Source: Capsulimonadales bacterium (GTDB lineage: Bacteria; Armatimonadota; Armatimonadia; Armatimonadales; Armatimonadaceae). Taken from it: DNA of 64,000 bases. The notes under the pieces were generated by a model, which did no database searches, was not told the origin of the DNA, and was given only the letters and a program-made list of their open reading frames with translations. This document shows positions 11,634-21,866 of this stretch, piece by piece. The translations under genes and the position numbers were made by a program. Position 1 is the stretch's first letter. Every line of letters starts with the position of its first letter. The DNA is taken from positions 1 to 64,000 of the forward strand of contig JANRLW010000071.1 in the NCBI GenBank assembly GCA_033762295.1, read 5' to 3'.

Positions 11634-12574
11634 CTTCCCGCTATTCGCCGGCGACCGCCGTCATCGGTCTGCTTTGCCTGTCTTCGCTGGCGCTCGCTCA
11701 GGAACCGACCGAAGCGCCGAAGCAGGACGCTCCGAAACCGGACCCGGCCACCGTCGCTCCCCCCCTGCCTTCCGGTCCCCCCGCTCCTCCGGAAAAGAAG
11801 ATCGATGCGGACGCCAAAAAGGCGCTCGACGAGATGGTGAAGACCTACCAGGACCTCAAATCGCTGTCCGGAAAGATGGCGTTCACCGTCGATCGCGGCA
11901 CGGATAAACAGTCCTCTTCGACCGTCTTTACGCTGGCACGGCCGAACAAGGTCAGTATCGTCGCCACCGTCCCGAATCCCCGCGATCCGAAGGGCGCGCC
12001 GGTGAAGCGGACCATCGTCTCCGACGGGCAACAGTTCTTCGGTTTCAGCTCCGATCAGCCCAAATCCTATTACAAGGACAAGGCCCTGCCCGAGCCGGAC
12101 AACATCGCACGGGGAATGACGTTCAGCGGTGGAGCCGGGTCCGGGTTGATGCCGCTGCTCCTGACCGATCCGAAGGCCGCCGATAAGGTGCTTGGCCCTT
12201 CGGTCATTCTGGTCGAGTTCGGACCTGACGAAAAGGTGGACAATGTGGACAGCCGGGTGATCAATGCGACCCTCCATGAAAACGCGCCCACCGGATCGAA
12301 CGCCAACGATATTCTTCTCTCGTTCGCCGTCGGTAAGGAGGACAGCCTGCTCCGACGCGTCACCGTCACGGCCAAAATGCCGCAGGGAAGCCTGACGATG
12401 ACGGAATCCTATTCCGAACTCAAGGTGAACGGGGACCTGGCGGCGAACACCTTTGCCTTTACCCCGCCCGCCGGCGCAAAGGCGGAGGGGCCGGGAATCG
12501 CTCCCCCGGCGCCCGCCCCGAAAAAGGACGGCGCGAAGCCCGCTCCCGGTAAGAAGGGCAACGCCAAACCCTGA
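11630..12574 (+). CDS. Exported LolA-like / DUF2092 family protein
   Basis: Signal peptide; ARPNK, IVSDG and C-terminal FAFTPPAGAK typical of the LolA fold. Confidence 0.7.
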   Translation: MTSRYSPATAVIGLLCLSSLALAQEPTEAPKQDAPKPDPATVAPPLPSGPPAPPEKKIDADAKKALDEMVKTYQDLKSLSGKMAFTVDRGTDKQSSSTVFTLARPNKVSIVATVPNPRDPKGAPVKRTIVSDGQQFFGFSSDQPKSYYKDKALPEPDNIARGMTFSGGAGSGLMPLLLTDPKAADKVLGPSVILVEFGPDEKVDNVDSRVINATLHENAPTGSNANDILLSFAVGKEDSLLRRVTVTAKMPQGSLTMTESYSELKVNGDLAANTFAFTPPAGAKAEGPGIAPPAPAPKKDGAKPAPGKKGNAKP

Positions 12575-12586
12575 TCGGCGCGCCGA

Positions 12587-13726
12587 ATGTCGGTCAACGA
12601 ACTTTACGTCGCCGGATACCGCTCGGTGCGGGAGATACGACTGCCGCTGACCCGTTTGAACGTCCTGACCGGACCGAACGGGTGCGGCAAGTCGAACCTG
12701 CACCGGGCCCTTTACCTCCTCCACATGGCCGCGACCGGACGGTTCGCGCCCACGCTCGCCGAGGAGGGCGGCATGCCGTCCGTCCTCTGGGCCGGCTCCC
12801 GTAAAAAAGGTCCGGTTCGCCTGACGCTCCGCGCGGAATTCCGGGAGGGGATCGCTTACGAAATGGTTTGCGGCCTGCCCGAAGCGAACGATCTCCCCGG
12901 TTCGGTCAGGCTGGACCCCCTTTATCCGGGACAGGAAACAACGACCGCCTTTTGCCTCGACCCTCTGTTCAAGGAGGAGACACTCGCCTTTCGTGAGGGT
13001 CGGACCGCCGTTACGCTGATGGAACGGGGGAAAAGCGGCGTTCACCTCCGCGATAACGACGGCCGACGCGTCTCCCTTCCGATGAGTCTCGCTCGCAGCG
13101 AGTCGGTCCTGACGCAGATCGCGGACCCCTATCGCTTCCCCCATTTGAGCGGCTTGCGGGATCGGCTCGCCGGATGGCGTTTCTATCACGCTTTTCGCAC
13201 CGATATGGCCGCCCCGTTGCGTCAGCCGCAGGTCGGCGTGTTCACTCCCGTTCTTTCGCACGACGGGACCGACCTGGCCGCCGCGCTCCAGACGATCCGG
13301 GAGATCGGAGACGCCGACGGACTGGACGAAAGCATTCGGGACGGACTGAACGCGAAACTGGAAATCGCGGCGGAAGAGGGGCGATTCCGCCTTCGTCTCC
13401 GAACCGCCGGACTTCTCCGACCGATGGAGGCATGGGAGCTTTCGGACGGCACCCTTCGTTACCTTTGCCTGCTCGCCGCCCTCCTGTCGCCGCGCCCGCC
13501 CGCTCTTCTCGCTTTGAACGAACCGGAAATGAGCCTGCACCCCGACCTGTTGCTACCGCTTGCCAACCGGATCGTCGATGCCTCCCACACCTCGCAGATC
13601 TGGCTGGCGACGCATTCACGCCCACTGGCCGAGGCCATTTCCCACGCCTCCGGCCTTCCCTCCGTCACGCTGGAAAAGGTCAAGGGCGAGACCCGCGTCG
13701 CTCTCCCGGTTACTCTCCCAGAATGA
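12587..13726 (+). CDS. AAA_21-type ABC-family ATPase (COG4637-like)
   Basis: GPNGCGKSN Walker A, LSDGTLRYL signature, LNEPEMSLHP, ATHS. Confidence 0.88.
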   Translation: MSVNELYVAGYRSVREIRLPLTRLNVLTGPNGCGKSNLHRALYLLHMAATGRFAPTLAEEGGMPSVLWAGSRKKGPVRLTLRAEFREGIAYEMVCGLPEANDLPGSVRLDPLYPGQETTTAFCLDPLFKEETLAFREGRTAVTLMERGKSGVHLRDNDGRRVSLPMSLARSESVLTQIADPYRFPHLSGLRDRLAGWRFYHAFRTDMAAPLRQPQVGVFTPVLSHDGTDLAAALQTIREIGDADGLDESIRDGLNAKLEIAAEEGRFRLRLRTAGLLRPMEAWELSDGTLRYLCLLAALLSPRPPALLALNEPEMSLHPDLLLPLANRIVDASHTSQIWLATHSRPLAEAISHASGLPSVTLEKVKGETRVALPVTLPE

Positions 13727-16055
13727 CGGAGTGCTGCCCACCGCCGAAAAACGGCCTGGTTTCGTTCCGCCAGGTAAGGAAGACGTCGATACCGTCCGGC
13801 ACGGCGAACTCGGCGTTCAAACGATCGCCGTCCCGGCGATAGGCCACCTGAATGCGTCCGCGCGGATGCGGCATACTTCCCGAAGCCTTGGTCAGCGAAC
13901 CGAGGTGCGGACGCAGTTCCACCCCGACGAACCCCGGTCCGTACGGCAGGATGCCCAGCACGGTCGCCAGAAACTCGTAGTTCGGGGAGGCGCTCCAGGC
14001 ATGGCAGTCGGAGCGCGTCGGCTCCGGGTTCTCCGCCCAGGTCGACAGACCCATCACCAGCATGTCGCGCCATGGTCCGAGCGTTTCCGGATACCGGTCC
14101 CCGAGTCCCGCTTTGACCAGCGCGCGATTCAGGTAGAAGCGGAAATAGAAGGTCGCCTGCGGCATGTCCGGATCGGACAGCACCCGCTCCATCACCCGTC
14201 GGCGGTGGTTCTTCGGCACGACGTCGGTCAGGATCGCGAGAATCGACGAATGTTGTGAATAGGAGGTCTTCGCCGGAGTGTCGGCGACCCGACCCTCCTT
14301 TGCCTCGTAACAGCGCGTCCGCACCGCCTTCACCATTCGCTCTCGCAGCCGTCGGTATCGGGTCATTTCGTCGGAAGGTCCGGCGACCGCCGCCACAAGT
14401 TCGGCCGCCTCGAGCGCCAGCGCGAGTTGAAGCGTCATAAACGCCGAGCCGCCCTCCTTCGCTCCGGGCGGGGTGCCGAACCGCCATCCACGGGTCCAGT
14501 CACCGAAACACCACCACTCCAGTTCCCCGAGAAGTCCGGTCTGCGGATCGACCCGATCAAGAAACCAGCCGAGAACGGAGCGGATTCCCGGCATCATCGA
14601 ACGCAGAAAGTCGGTTTCGTCGGGCACCAGCAGGGCGTAGTCGGCCACCATGCAGACCCACCAGAGCGAGAACGGCGCGATAATCTGCGGAATACGGGAC
14701 GGATACCGGCTATGTGTCAGGCCATCCGGCAGCCGGGAATCGAACATCTGCGACAGTGCGTTCCGGAACAGGCGGGAATCGCCGGTCACATACTGAGTCA
14801 CCAGCGCCTGAATCCGGGTATCGCCGACGTACTGAAGCTGTTCGTAGTACGGGCAGTCCATATACGTCTCATGGGTACAGCGACGAATGGTCCGCCAGCC
14901 GACCTCCCATATCCGGTCGACGTCCGGCAGTTCCGGCGCGACGAATTTCGCCTTCTCCTCCCACGGATACCCGGTGACGATCGCCCGAATCCCCTCGATC
15001 GTCAGGGGGGCGTCCGCCGTCTCGACGGTCAGTTCGGCATAGCGATAGGTTTTCCACCAGAGGGGTCGCAGCAGACGATCGTCTCCGTCGGCGATCCAGT
15101 AGTCGGCATACCCCAGGAGAACGCGGCCCTCCGTTTCGTTCCGGTCGCCTTTTCGCCCGAGTTCCCACGGTTTCGCATCGGCGGGCAACAGCGATTCGGC
15201 ATAGGCAAGGCGGAGCTTCGCCCCGTTCCCCTCTCGAATCCGTATCTCCGGAAAGGCGCACGTGAGATGCCCTTTATCGAAGAGAAGACGGACGGTACGG
15301 TGGGCGGGTATAAAATACCGATTCTCCCCGGTCGACGCCTCGCCGTCGATCCGCACGATCCGTCCGAAGGGTTCCGGTATCTCCTCCATCATCGGGATCG
15401 ACCGCGGGACGAGCCACCAGTTGGTTTCCCCGTCTTCCAATCCGTAGGGTGCGGAGTACGACCGGTTGACCCGCTCGGTCGTCGGCCAGTCCGCGACGTC
15501 AAATCCGGGCGAGTCCCACCCGTACGGGAACCGCCGGCAGTCCAGAATCTCCGACGGCCCGACGGAACAGTAGGTGGACAGCGCGCGCATATCCTCGAGG
15601 GAAAAGGTGAAGGCATCGCAACGATGGACCCGCCACTCCTCCGGCGTGTTGACGGCGGATTCCGCTTCCGTATCTCCCTGAACGACCAGAGCGGCTTCCC
15701 AGGTGATCTGCGCGAGCGGAGCGACGGCGGTGTCCATGAAATGGACCTGCACCGCCAGCACGTTCTCACCCGTCCGAAGAAACGGGGCGATATCCACGGA
15801 CTCGAACCGCCAGTGGTACAGATCGCCGCGCGCCGGTCCCCAGGCAATCGGCTGTCCGTTGACCAGCAACCGATACCGCTGATCGGCGGATAGATGCAGG
15901 AGAAACCGCTCGGGGACGGTTTCAAAATGCAGGCTCTTTCGAAAAAGAAAGACAGCGGACGACGTATGCGGCCCGCCGGGGTATCGGCACCAGGCCGCCG
16001 GCCACCGCTGTGACAGCAATTGAACGTTTCCCGGAAAATCAGGTATTTTTCGCAC
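13710..16055 (-). CDS. Alpha-L-rhamnosidase (GH78); GTG start inferred
   Basis: SADQRYRLLVNG, YMDCPYYEQLQYVGD, TWAE and RSDCHAWSASP motifs. Confidence 0.9.
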   Translation of the reverse strand: MRKIPDFPGNVQLLSQRWPAAWCRYPGGPHTSSAVFLFRKSLHFETVPERFLLHLSADQRYRLLVNGQPIAWGPARGDLYHWRFESVDIAPFLRTGENVLAVQVHFMDTAVAPLAQITWEAALVVQGDTEAESAVNTPEEWRVHRCDAFTFSLEDMRALSTYCSVGPSEILDCRRFPYGWDSPGFDVADWPTTERVNRSYSAPYGLEDGETNWWLVPRSIPMMEEIPEPFGRIVRIDGEASTGENRYFIPAHRTVRLLFDKGHLTCAFPEIRIREGNGAKLRLAYAESLLPADAKPWELGRKGDRNETEGRVLLGYADYWIADGDDRLLRPLWWKTYRYAELTVETADAPLTIEGIRAIVTGYPWEEKAKFVAPELPDVDRIWEVGWRTIRRCTHETYMDCPYYEQLQYVGDTRIQALVTQYVTGDSRLFRNALSQMFDSRLPDGLTHSRYPSRIPQIIAPFSLWWVCMVADYALLVPDETDFLRSMMPGIRSVLGWFLDRVDPQTGLLGELEWWCFGDWTRGWRFGTPPGAKEGGSAFMTLQLALALEAAELVAAVAGPSDEMTRYRRLRERMVKAVRTRCYEAKEGRVADTPAKTSYSQHSSILAILTDVVPKNHRRRVMERVLSDPDMPQATFYFRFYLNRALVKAGLGDRYPETLGPWRDMLVMGLSTWAENPEPTRSDCHAWSASPNYEFLATVLGILPYGPGFVGVELRPHLGSLTKASGSMPHPRGRIQVAYRRDGDRLNAEFAVPDGIDVFLTWRNETRPFFGGGQHSVILGE

Positions 16056-16208
16056 TGCAGTTCCCCCAAAAAACCCGCAACGATGCCCACTAATTTCCGT
16101 CATACTTCGCGAAAGCGGTTGTATACTGGAAAAGGTAACCAGGCAAACACTTTCGATTATCGATTTGTGGCGTCGAGGCCGCATCGCGCGGGGACAAGTA
16201 TAGCGGTC

Positions 16209-16424
16209 ATGTCTACACGATCTACAGGCTTATTGATGCGCCCGTCGGCCTATCGCGCACCGGACGAACATGGAAGCAGTCGACGCGCTTCCTTTCTTCC
16301 GGCGTCCCGACCCACGGCACGCCCGGTTCTCCCCGACAGCGAGACCGATCAACTTCTCCGCCGCTCCCATGCGCTGGTGGAACAGCTGCGCCGTGCGGTG
16401 GAGGCCCGCCGTAATCTCCTCTGA
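16209..16424 (+). CDS. Hypothetical 71-aa protein
   Basis: Fills the gap between two minus-strand genes; ATG start; helical C-terminus DQLLRRSHALVEQLRRAVE. Confidence 0.45.
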   Translation: MSTRSTGLLMRPSAYRAPDEHGSSRRASFLPASRPTARPVLPDSETDQLLRRSHALVEQLRRAVEARRNLL

Positions 16425-16433
16425 TTTGCTTTC

Positions 16434-17945
16434 CTAAGTCCGGTCGAAATCGCCCAGACGTTCCAGCAGACGTTCGTGGCGGGTCCGCGCCTCACGGTAG
16501 ATGCCATGCGCCCGGAGGTCCGGAAGGACCGTGTCCGTGATCGCCGCCATGGGGGCGTCCCCCACCGGCCCCAGTCCCAGTTTCTCCCGAAAAACCAGTG
16601 CCGCGCCGCGTGCGGACGCCTGACGTTCCGCCGAGAGACGGATCGGTTCTCCGAGAACGTCCGCGATGATCTGCGCCCAGGCGCGGGAGGACAGAAGGCC
16701 CGCGCCGGTCCCGATAATCTCCGCCGTCGGCGCGACCGGACGAAGCGCGTCCCGAAGAATCGCAAACCGGATCGCAACCGCCTCCAGGTGCGCCCGAACG
16801 ATTTCCAGCGGCGTGGTGGCCGCCGACAGGCCGTGGATCACCGCCCGGAGATCGTCCCGCCAGAGCGGCGCACGCTCTCCGGACAGGAACGGCAGCACGG
16901 TCAATCCGTGCCCGTCCGGCGGCAGGGCCGCGAGCGGCTTTTGCAATTCATCGGAGGGGAGCGGCGGCAGGAGAACCGTTTCCTTCAGCCACGACCAGAC
17001 CGCCCCCCCGTTGGTCAATGCGCCGCCGAGCAGAAAGGAATCCCGGTCCAGTTGATAACGCCAGAGACCGTTCGGCACCTGCGGCGGCGTCGCACCGGGC
17101 ACCATCACGCGCATTGCCCCCGAGGTACCGATCATCAGCGCCAGTCGATCCGGGCGAACCGCGCCGCAACCCGCATTGGAACACGCGCCATCACCCAGAG
17201 CCGGCAGGAACGGGACGTCGGCCAGGGCGGGAAGCAGCGTTCGCCATTCCGGCAGAAGACCGGATACCGGCGCATCGGAGACGGGGGAGAAACGGTCGGC
17301 GGTCAATCCGGGTATCCGGGCCAGCGTCTCGTCATCCCAGCGGCCTTCCGCCTGATGGAAGAGTCCGGACGCCGAGGCCATCGAATAGGAGCACGTCACC
17401 CGATCGATTCCGAAGAGACGCGCGAAAACGTACTCTCCCGGTGACAGAAACCGGGCGCAGGCGGCGAAGGTAGCGGGTTCGGTTTCGGCCAGATGCAGCA
17501 ATCGGCCCGGCAGATAGGAGGTATGGAGCGGACAACCGGTTCGTTGAACATAGGCGTCGACATCGCATCTCGCCTTCAGTCCGGCGACCTGCGCCGAGGA
17601 TCGGGTGTCGGACCAGACCAGCACCGGCGTTTGCGGTCGTCCCGCGGCATCCGTTCCCAGAACCGAGTGCCAGAGCGTCGAGACGGCGACCCCGACGATC
17701 GGTCGATCACCGACCCGCGCCAGGACCGATTGCAGACACTCGATCGCCTCACGCAACAGTCCCTCCGGATCGAGCATCGAGCCACCGTCCGGCGTGGTCG
17801 TCGGTTCGTGGGTCACCGCATGGAAGATATCGCGAAAAGGCGTTCCATCCTCCGCCCGGAATGGGGCGGCCCGAGTGGAGGACGTGCCGATATCCAGGGT
17901 CAGAAGGAGACCATCGGCGGAATCGGAGACGGATGGCGCAGACAC
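16434..17945 (-). CDS. gntK: Gluconokinase / FGGY-family carbohydrate kinase
   Basis: LDIGTSSTRA, WSDTRS, GDGACSNAGCGA, IGTSGAMR, PFLSGERAP. Confidence 0.85.
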   Translation of the reverse strand: MSAPSVSDSADGLLLTLDIGTSSTRAAPFRAEDGTPFRDIFHAVTHEPTTTPDGGSMLDPEGLLREAIECLQSVLARVGDRPIVGVAVSTLWHSVLGTDAAGRPQTPVLVWSDTRSSAQVAGLKARCDVDAYVQRTGCPLHTSYLPGRLLHLAETEPATFAACARFLSPGEYVFARLFGIDRVTCSYSMASASGLFHQAEGRWDDETLARIPGLTADRFSPVSDAPVSGLLPEWRTLLPALADVPFLPALGDGACSNAGCGAVRPDRLALMIGTSGAMRVMVPGATPPQVPNGLWRYQLDRDSFLLGGALTNGGAVWSWLKETVLLPPLPSDELQKPLAALPPDGHGLTVLPFLSGERAPLWRDDLRAVIHGLSAATTPLEIVRAHLEAVAIRFAILRDALRPVAPTAEIIGTGAGLLSSRAWAQIIADVLGEPIRLSAERQASARGAALVFREKLGLGPVGDAPMAAITDTVLPDLRAHGIYREARTRHERLLERLGDFDRT

Positions 17946-17997
17946 GAGTAACCATTCGCGCCGTCCGCCTCCGATTCCTACTTTCCTCAACGGAGGG

Positions 17998-18951
17998 TCA
18001 GAAATCCGTCCCGCTTCCCTCCGCCTTCGCCTTTTCGTAGACCAGAGCGGCGACCGCGATATCCTCCAGCGCGATCCCGAGAGATTTGAACAGGGTGATC
18101 TGATCGAGGTCCGTTCGGCCTTTTTCCCGCCGCGCGGCAATGGCGGACAGCGGATACGCCTGATCCCAGGAGAACAAACGCTTCTCATAGGCGAAGATTA
18201 ACTCGGCCGCCTCCGCTCGCGCCTGCGCCATATCGTCGACAACGACAATGTCCGCGCGGCCGACCACCTGCTCCTCGATCTCACGGGCGGTCAGACGATT
18301 GGCGCCAACCGCCGCGACAAAATGCCCCTCGGTGAGCCAGTCCGCCATCAGAATCGGGTCCGTCGCCGTGGTCGCGCACAGGACGACCTGGGTGCCGCGC
18401 ACCGCTTCTTCGGCGCTCGTCCGGGGCGTAAATCGAACGTTGGCTCGACGGGTCATCTGCTGGCAGAAGCGTTCCCGACGCACGAAATCCCGGCTGTAGA
18501 CGAATACCTCGCGCAGGTTCGGGCAGGCAAGGAGAATCGCTTCCGCCTGCGCCTGCGCCTGATACCCCGACCCGAGCAATGCCGCAAAGTGGGAATCCTT
18601 CCGCGCCAGATAGCGGGCGGCAACCCCGGTCGCCGCGCCGGTGCGCACCTGACCGAGTTTGTTTCCCTCAATCAGCGCCAGCAGTTCCCCCGATTCCGAC
18701 GAAAAAAGGAGAACATAAAAACGCACCTCCCGACCGAACGAGGTATAGGTTTTGGTGCCCATATACCCTTTTCCGGGAAGCGCGGCCGCCATATGGTGCA
18801 TGACCCCGTGCGGCAGGAAGAAACGTTGACGAGACTGGGTGGCAGTGCCATCTCCCGAACTCAACGCGCTGAAAGCCGATTCCAGAGCGCCGATGGCGTC
18901 CGACATGGTGATCAGCCGTTGTACATCATTTTCCGATATGAATAGTGGCAT
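17998..18951 (-). CDS. Ornithine cyclodeaminase / mu-crystallin family protein
   Basis: RTGAATGVAARYLAR, LGSGYQA, ITLFKSLGIALEDIA. Confidence 0.92.
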   Translation of the reverse strand: MPLFISENDVQRLITMSDAIGALESAFSALSSGDGTATQSRQRFFLPHGVMHHMAAALPGKGYMGTKTYTSFGREVRFYVLLFSSESGELLALIEGNKLGQVRTGAATGVAARYLARKDSHFAALLGSGYQAQAQAEAILLACPNLREVFVYSRDFVRRERFCQQMTRRANVRFTPRTSAEEAVRGTQVVLCATTATDPILMADWLTEGHFVAAVGANRLTAREIEEQVVGRADIVVVDDMAQARAEAAELIFAYEKRLFSWDQAYPLSAIAARREKGRTDLDQITLFKSLGIALEDIAVAALVYEKAKAEGSGTDF

Positions 18952-19012
18952 GCCTTTATTGTGGCAGATTCGCCCCGGACATCCACATCCGCCAGCGTCA
19001 TACAAATTACGG

Positions 19013-20326
19013 TTAAAAACTATAATTCGTCTGCGTGTAAATCCAGGTGCTGGGGTGCGAATCCCCGCCGTTCACCGAGCGAACGAACCGTCCCGGCAGA
19101 AAGCGGGCGATCCCTCCGCTGACGGTGACCCGATCGGTGGCGCGAACGCTGCCGTATAGATCGAACTCCCGCCCTATGTCCGTGCCTGCCGCGCCCGACG
19201 GGTCGCGTAACGCCTTCCCGGTCCGATTCCGGTTCGGCGCACCGTTATCCGCGTACCAGAAGTCGCGCGGATCGGCGAGACGGAAACGATGCCCTTCCAG
19301 CGTCACCGTCCCACGCGCATTCGGACGGATTCTCCATCGCAGACAGAGATCCGTCATGTTGCGCCAGCCCTGAACGTCCGCGATGCCGTAGAGGAAATGG
19401 TTGTTCGGGAACATCTGGTCGAACGTGCCGTAGCGTCGCGGGTTCGCCGGATCGCCGCCGGTGGCGAATGCGAATTCGCCCCATACCCGCATCGGCAGGC
19501 GACCGCCGATTTCCCTTCCGGCCTCGACGTACCCGGCGGCGGCCCGGATCTCCTTCCCCGCGTTCCGCCCGATCTGCCCCGCCAGTTCCACCGTTCCGGA
19601 CCAGTCGCCGGCATGGCGCTCCGTTCGCATTCCGAACGTCCGAACGGCGACGCCGTTCCCGGAAACCCGATCGGTCTTGCTCAGGATATAGAGTTCCGAC
19701 CGGTGTCGGCTGTCCGGGGAAAGGGTCGCATAGATTCCGGCGAGGTACGGGGCATTTGCCTGGTTCGCCGCCTGCCCGAGGCGTCCGGCGAAGAGATCGA
19801 TCCGGCTCGTCCCTGACCGGAATCGTCCCCATCCGGCGTCGAAGGCACGTCCGCAGTAGGTCCAGCCCGAGGCCGCGATCAGGCGTCCCCCGCCGTATTC
19901 CAGTTCCTGCCGTCCCGCCCGCCAGGCCCATCGATCGCCGAACGCCCCTTCCAGCAACGCCTGATGAAAGTCGATCGTCTCCCGACGGACGTTTCCGGTG
20001 GCCGGCAACGCGCCCGTGATCTGCCGGAAAGAAACCTGTGGCTGGAACAGGAAACCGATCCTGGTCGTGGGGGCAACGCGTTCCGGACGCAGAGAAAGGC
20101 GGAGCCGGGAATAGGTGAAATCCGGGTCGTCACCGGAACCCGAACGATAATCGGCGAAGGTCCGGGATTCGAGCCGTGTCCACCCGTCGACCGCAACGCG
20201 AAACGATACGGGAACGGGTCGGCGGTTCGTCCGGTCCGGCAGCCTCTGAGCGGCGGACGGCAACACCGGAGCGCAAAGACAGAGCGTGAGAAGTCCGTTC
20301 CGGAGGACGGCAAGTTTCGATCCCAT
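19013..20326 (-). CDS. Alginate-export-family outer membrane beta-barrel
   Basis: Signal peptide; GRQELEYG, AFDA, TFDQMFPNNH...G and DIGREFDL motifs; C-terminal Phe. Confidence 0.82.
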   Translation of the reverse strand: MGSKLAVLRNGLLTLCLCAPVLPSAAQRLPDRTNRRPVPVSFRVAVDGWTRLESRTFADYRSGSGDDPDFTYSRLRLSLRPERVAPTTRIGFLFQPQVSFRQITGALPATGNVRRETIDFHQALLEGAFGDRWAWRAGRQELEYGGGRLIAASGWTYCGRAFDAGWGRFRSGTSRIDLFAGRLGQAANQANAPYLAGIYATLSPDSRHRSELYILSKTDRVSGNGVAVRTFGMRTERHAGDWSGTVELAGQIGRNAGKEIRAAAGYVEAGREIGGRLPMRVWGEFAFATGGDPANPRRYGTFDQMFPNNHFLYGIADVQGWRNMTDLCLRWRIRPNARGTVTLEGHRFRLADPRDFWYADNGAPNRNRTGKALRDPSGAAGTDIGREFDLYGSVRATDRVTVSGGIARFLPGRFVRSVNGGDSHPSTWIYTQTNYSF

Positions 20327-20497
20327 ACCGAGTAATCCTCATTTTCGATGGTTGTCTTGCCGCGCCGGAAGCCGGAAACCGGGGCGGAACATCGCCCCTT
20401 CCCCCTCTATCCTTTCATCGTTTGTTCCGTCGGGCATCGCCGGTTCGGCGGATTGGCAGGCGGATTGGCAGGGGTCGATTTGCCTGAGCGAATTGCC

Positions 20498-20526
20498 TTG
20501 ACACCGGGAAACGACCATGGTACACT
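20498..20526 (+). promoter_or_regulatory. rplJ promoter
   Basis: TTGACA-17 bp-TACACT with extended TG. Confidence 0.85.
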
Positions 20527-20549
20527 CCACCCCGGACAACGATTTTGCG

Positions 20550-20715
20550 CCTTCCCCGTAGACAGCCGGTGCGTTTTCCGAACGCTTAAGGACCGTTGAG
20601 GTCGCCTGCCGAGGTGAGATGGCCCCGATTCGCTTTTCGACAGGACGATTCGTTCCTGCCGTGAGCGTCTGCGTATGGGCCCCCGATCCTCCTAAGGGTC
20701 GGGGGCTTTTCGTTT
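20550..20715 (+). ncRNA. Ribosomal protein L10 leader with attenuator hairpin
   Basis: ccgtagacagccggtg...ttaa...cctgccgaggt consensus; hairpin gcccccgatcct/agggtcgggggc followed by tttt at 20679-20710. Confidence 0.85.
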
Positions 20716-20765
20716 GCGCCCCGTTCCGGCCGTCAGGTCGTGCGGGGCAAGGGAGTATCCTTATC

Positions 20766-21368
20766 ATGCCGATCGCAAAAAAAGACGCGAGCCGGAAAGC
20801 CGATGTCGTTTCGGATGTTCAGGAAAACCTTCGCGGTTCCCAGGCGGTGATACTCGCCGAGTATCGCGGCCTGACCGTGGCGCAGACCAGCGACATTCGG
20901 AAAAAATTGAAACCGAGCGGGACCAACTTCGCGGTCGTTAAGAACACTCTGTTCAAGCGCGCCGCGGAAGGTCTGATCGACCCCGATCCCGGTCTTGATG
21001 CGAGCCTCAACGGAACGACCGCCGTCGCCTTCGCGCAGAAGGATGCCGTCGAAACGGCCAAATTGGTTCTGGAGTATATCGCCGCCAACCGTAACACCCC
21101 GTTCAAGGTCAAAGGGGTGGTGGTCGGACGGCGGTTCTTCCCCGGCGACCGCCTGGAAGCTCTGTCCAAAACCCCGCCGCGCGAACAGCTTCTCGCCGAG
21201 GCGCTCGGATATATCCAGGCTCCGCTCTCCGGTTTTGTCGGCGTGCTGAACGGCGTCCTTCGGGATACCGTCACCACGCTTCAGGCTATCGTCAACGATT
21301 TCGTCTACACGCTTCAGGCCATTGTCGACAAGATGCAGGCCGAAGGAATTACAAACGAGGGTAAAACC
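20766..21368 (+). CDS. rplJ: 50S ribosomal protein L10; no stop codon, frame continues into L7/L12 and stops at 21785
   Basis: [19 protein letters not shown] and LNGTTAVAF motifs; preceded by the L10 leader. Confidence 0.95.
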
Positions 21369-21785
21369 ATGGCACTCACCAAAGAACAACTGATCGAAGG
21401 CATCGAAAATATCACGGTTCTGGAGCTGGTCGAACTGGTCAAGCAGCTTCAGGAGAAGTTCGGCGTTTCCGCGGCGGCCCCGATGCCGATGATGCCGATG
21501 GGCGGCATGCCGATGCCCGGAGCGGGCGCGGCTCCGGCCGGCGGCGCTCCGGCCGCTCCGGTCGAGGAAGAGAAGACGACCTTTGACGTTATCCTGTCCG
21601 CGGCAGGCGACAAGAAGATCGCCGTTATCAAGGTCGTGCGCGAAATCACCGGGCTGGGTCTGAAGGAAGCCAAGGAACTTGTCGATAGCGCGCCCAAGGC
21701 TGTCAAGGAAGGCGTCAACAAGGACGAGGCCGAAAAGTTCAAGGCCATGCTGTCCGGCGAAGGCGCCACCGTCGAACTGAAGTAA
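21369..21785 (+). CDS. rplL: 50S ribosomal protein L7/L12
   Basis: [42 protein letters not shown]; own ATG with gaggg SD. Confidence 0.97.
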   Translation: MALTKEQLIEGIENITVLELVELVKQLQEKFGVSAAAPMPMMPMGGMPMPGAGAAPAGGAPAAPVEEEKTTFDVILSAAGDKKIAVIKVVREITGLGLKEAKELVDSAPKAVKEGVNKDEAEKFKAMLSGEGATVELK

Positions 21786-21833
21786 CCGATCTCCCTTACG
21801 GCCTGTTTCGGCAGGCTGTATTCAAACCGTCGC

Positions 21834-21861
21834 AAAGCCCGACCCTTCCCGGTCGGGCTTT
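21834..21861. terminator. Bidirectional terminator between rplL and alr
   Basis: aaagcccgacc / ggtcgggcttt stem. Confidence 0.75.
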
Positions 21862-21866
21862 CGTCA

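Noticed and set aside
11108..13540. 810-aa minus-strand ORF
   Set aside because: Overlaps three well-supported plus-strand genes; no recognisable domain
12587..13726. AAA_21 ATPase as an anti-phage system
   Set aside because: No partner nuclease, TOPRIM or toxin gene adjacent; not supportable from this sequence
20619..20765. N-terminal 49 aa of the 388-aa ORF
   Set aside because: Overlaps the L10 leader and attenuator; the real start is ATG 20766 with a gggag SD
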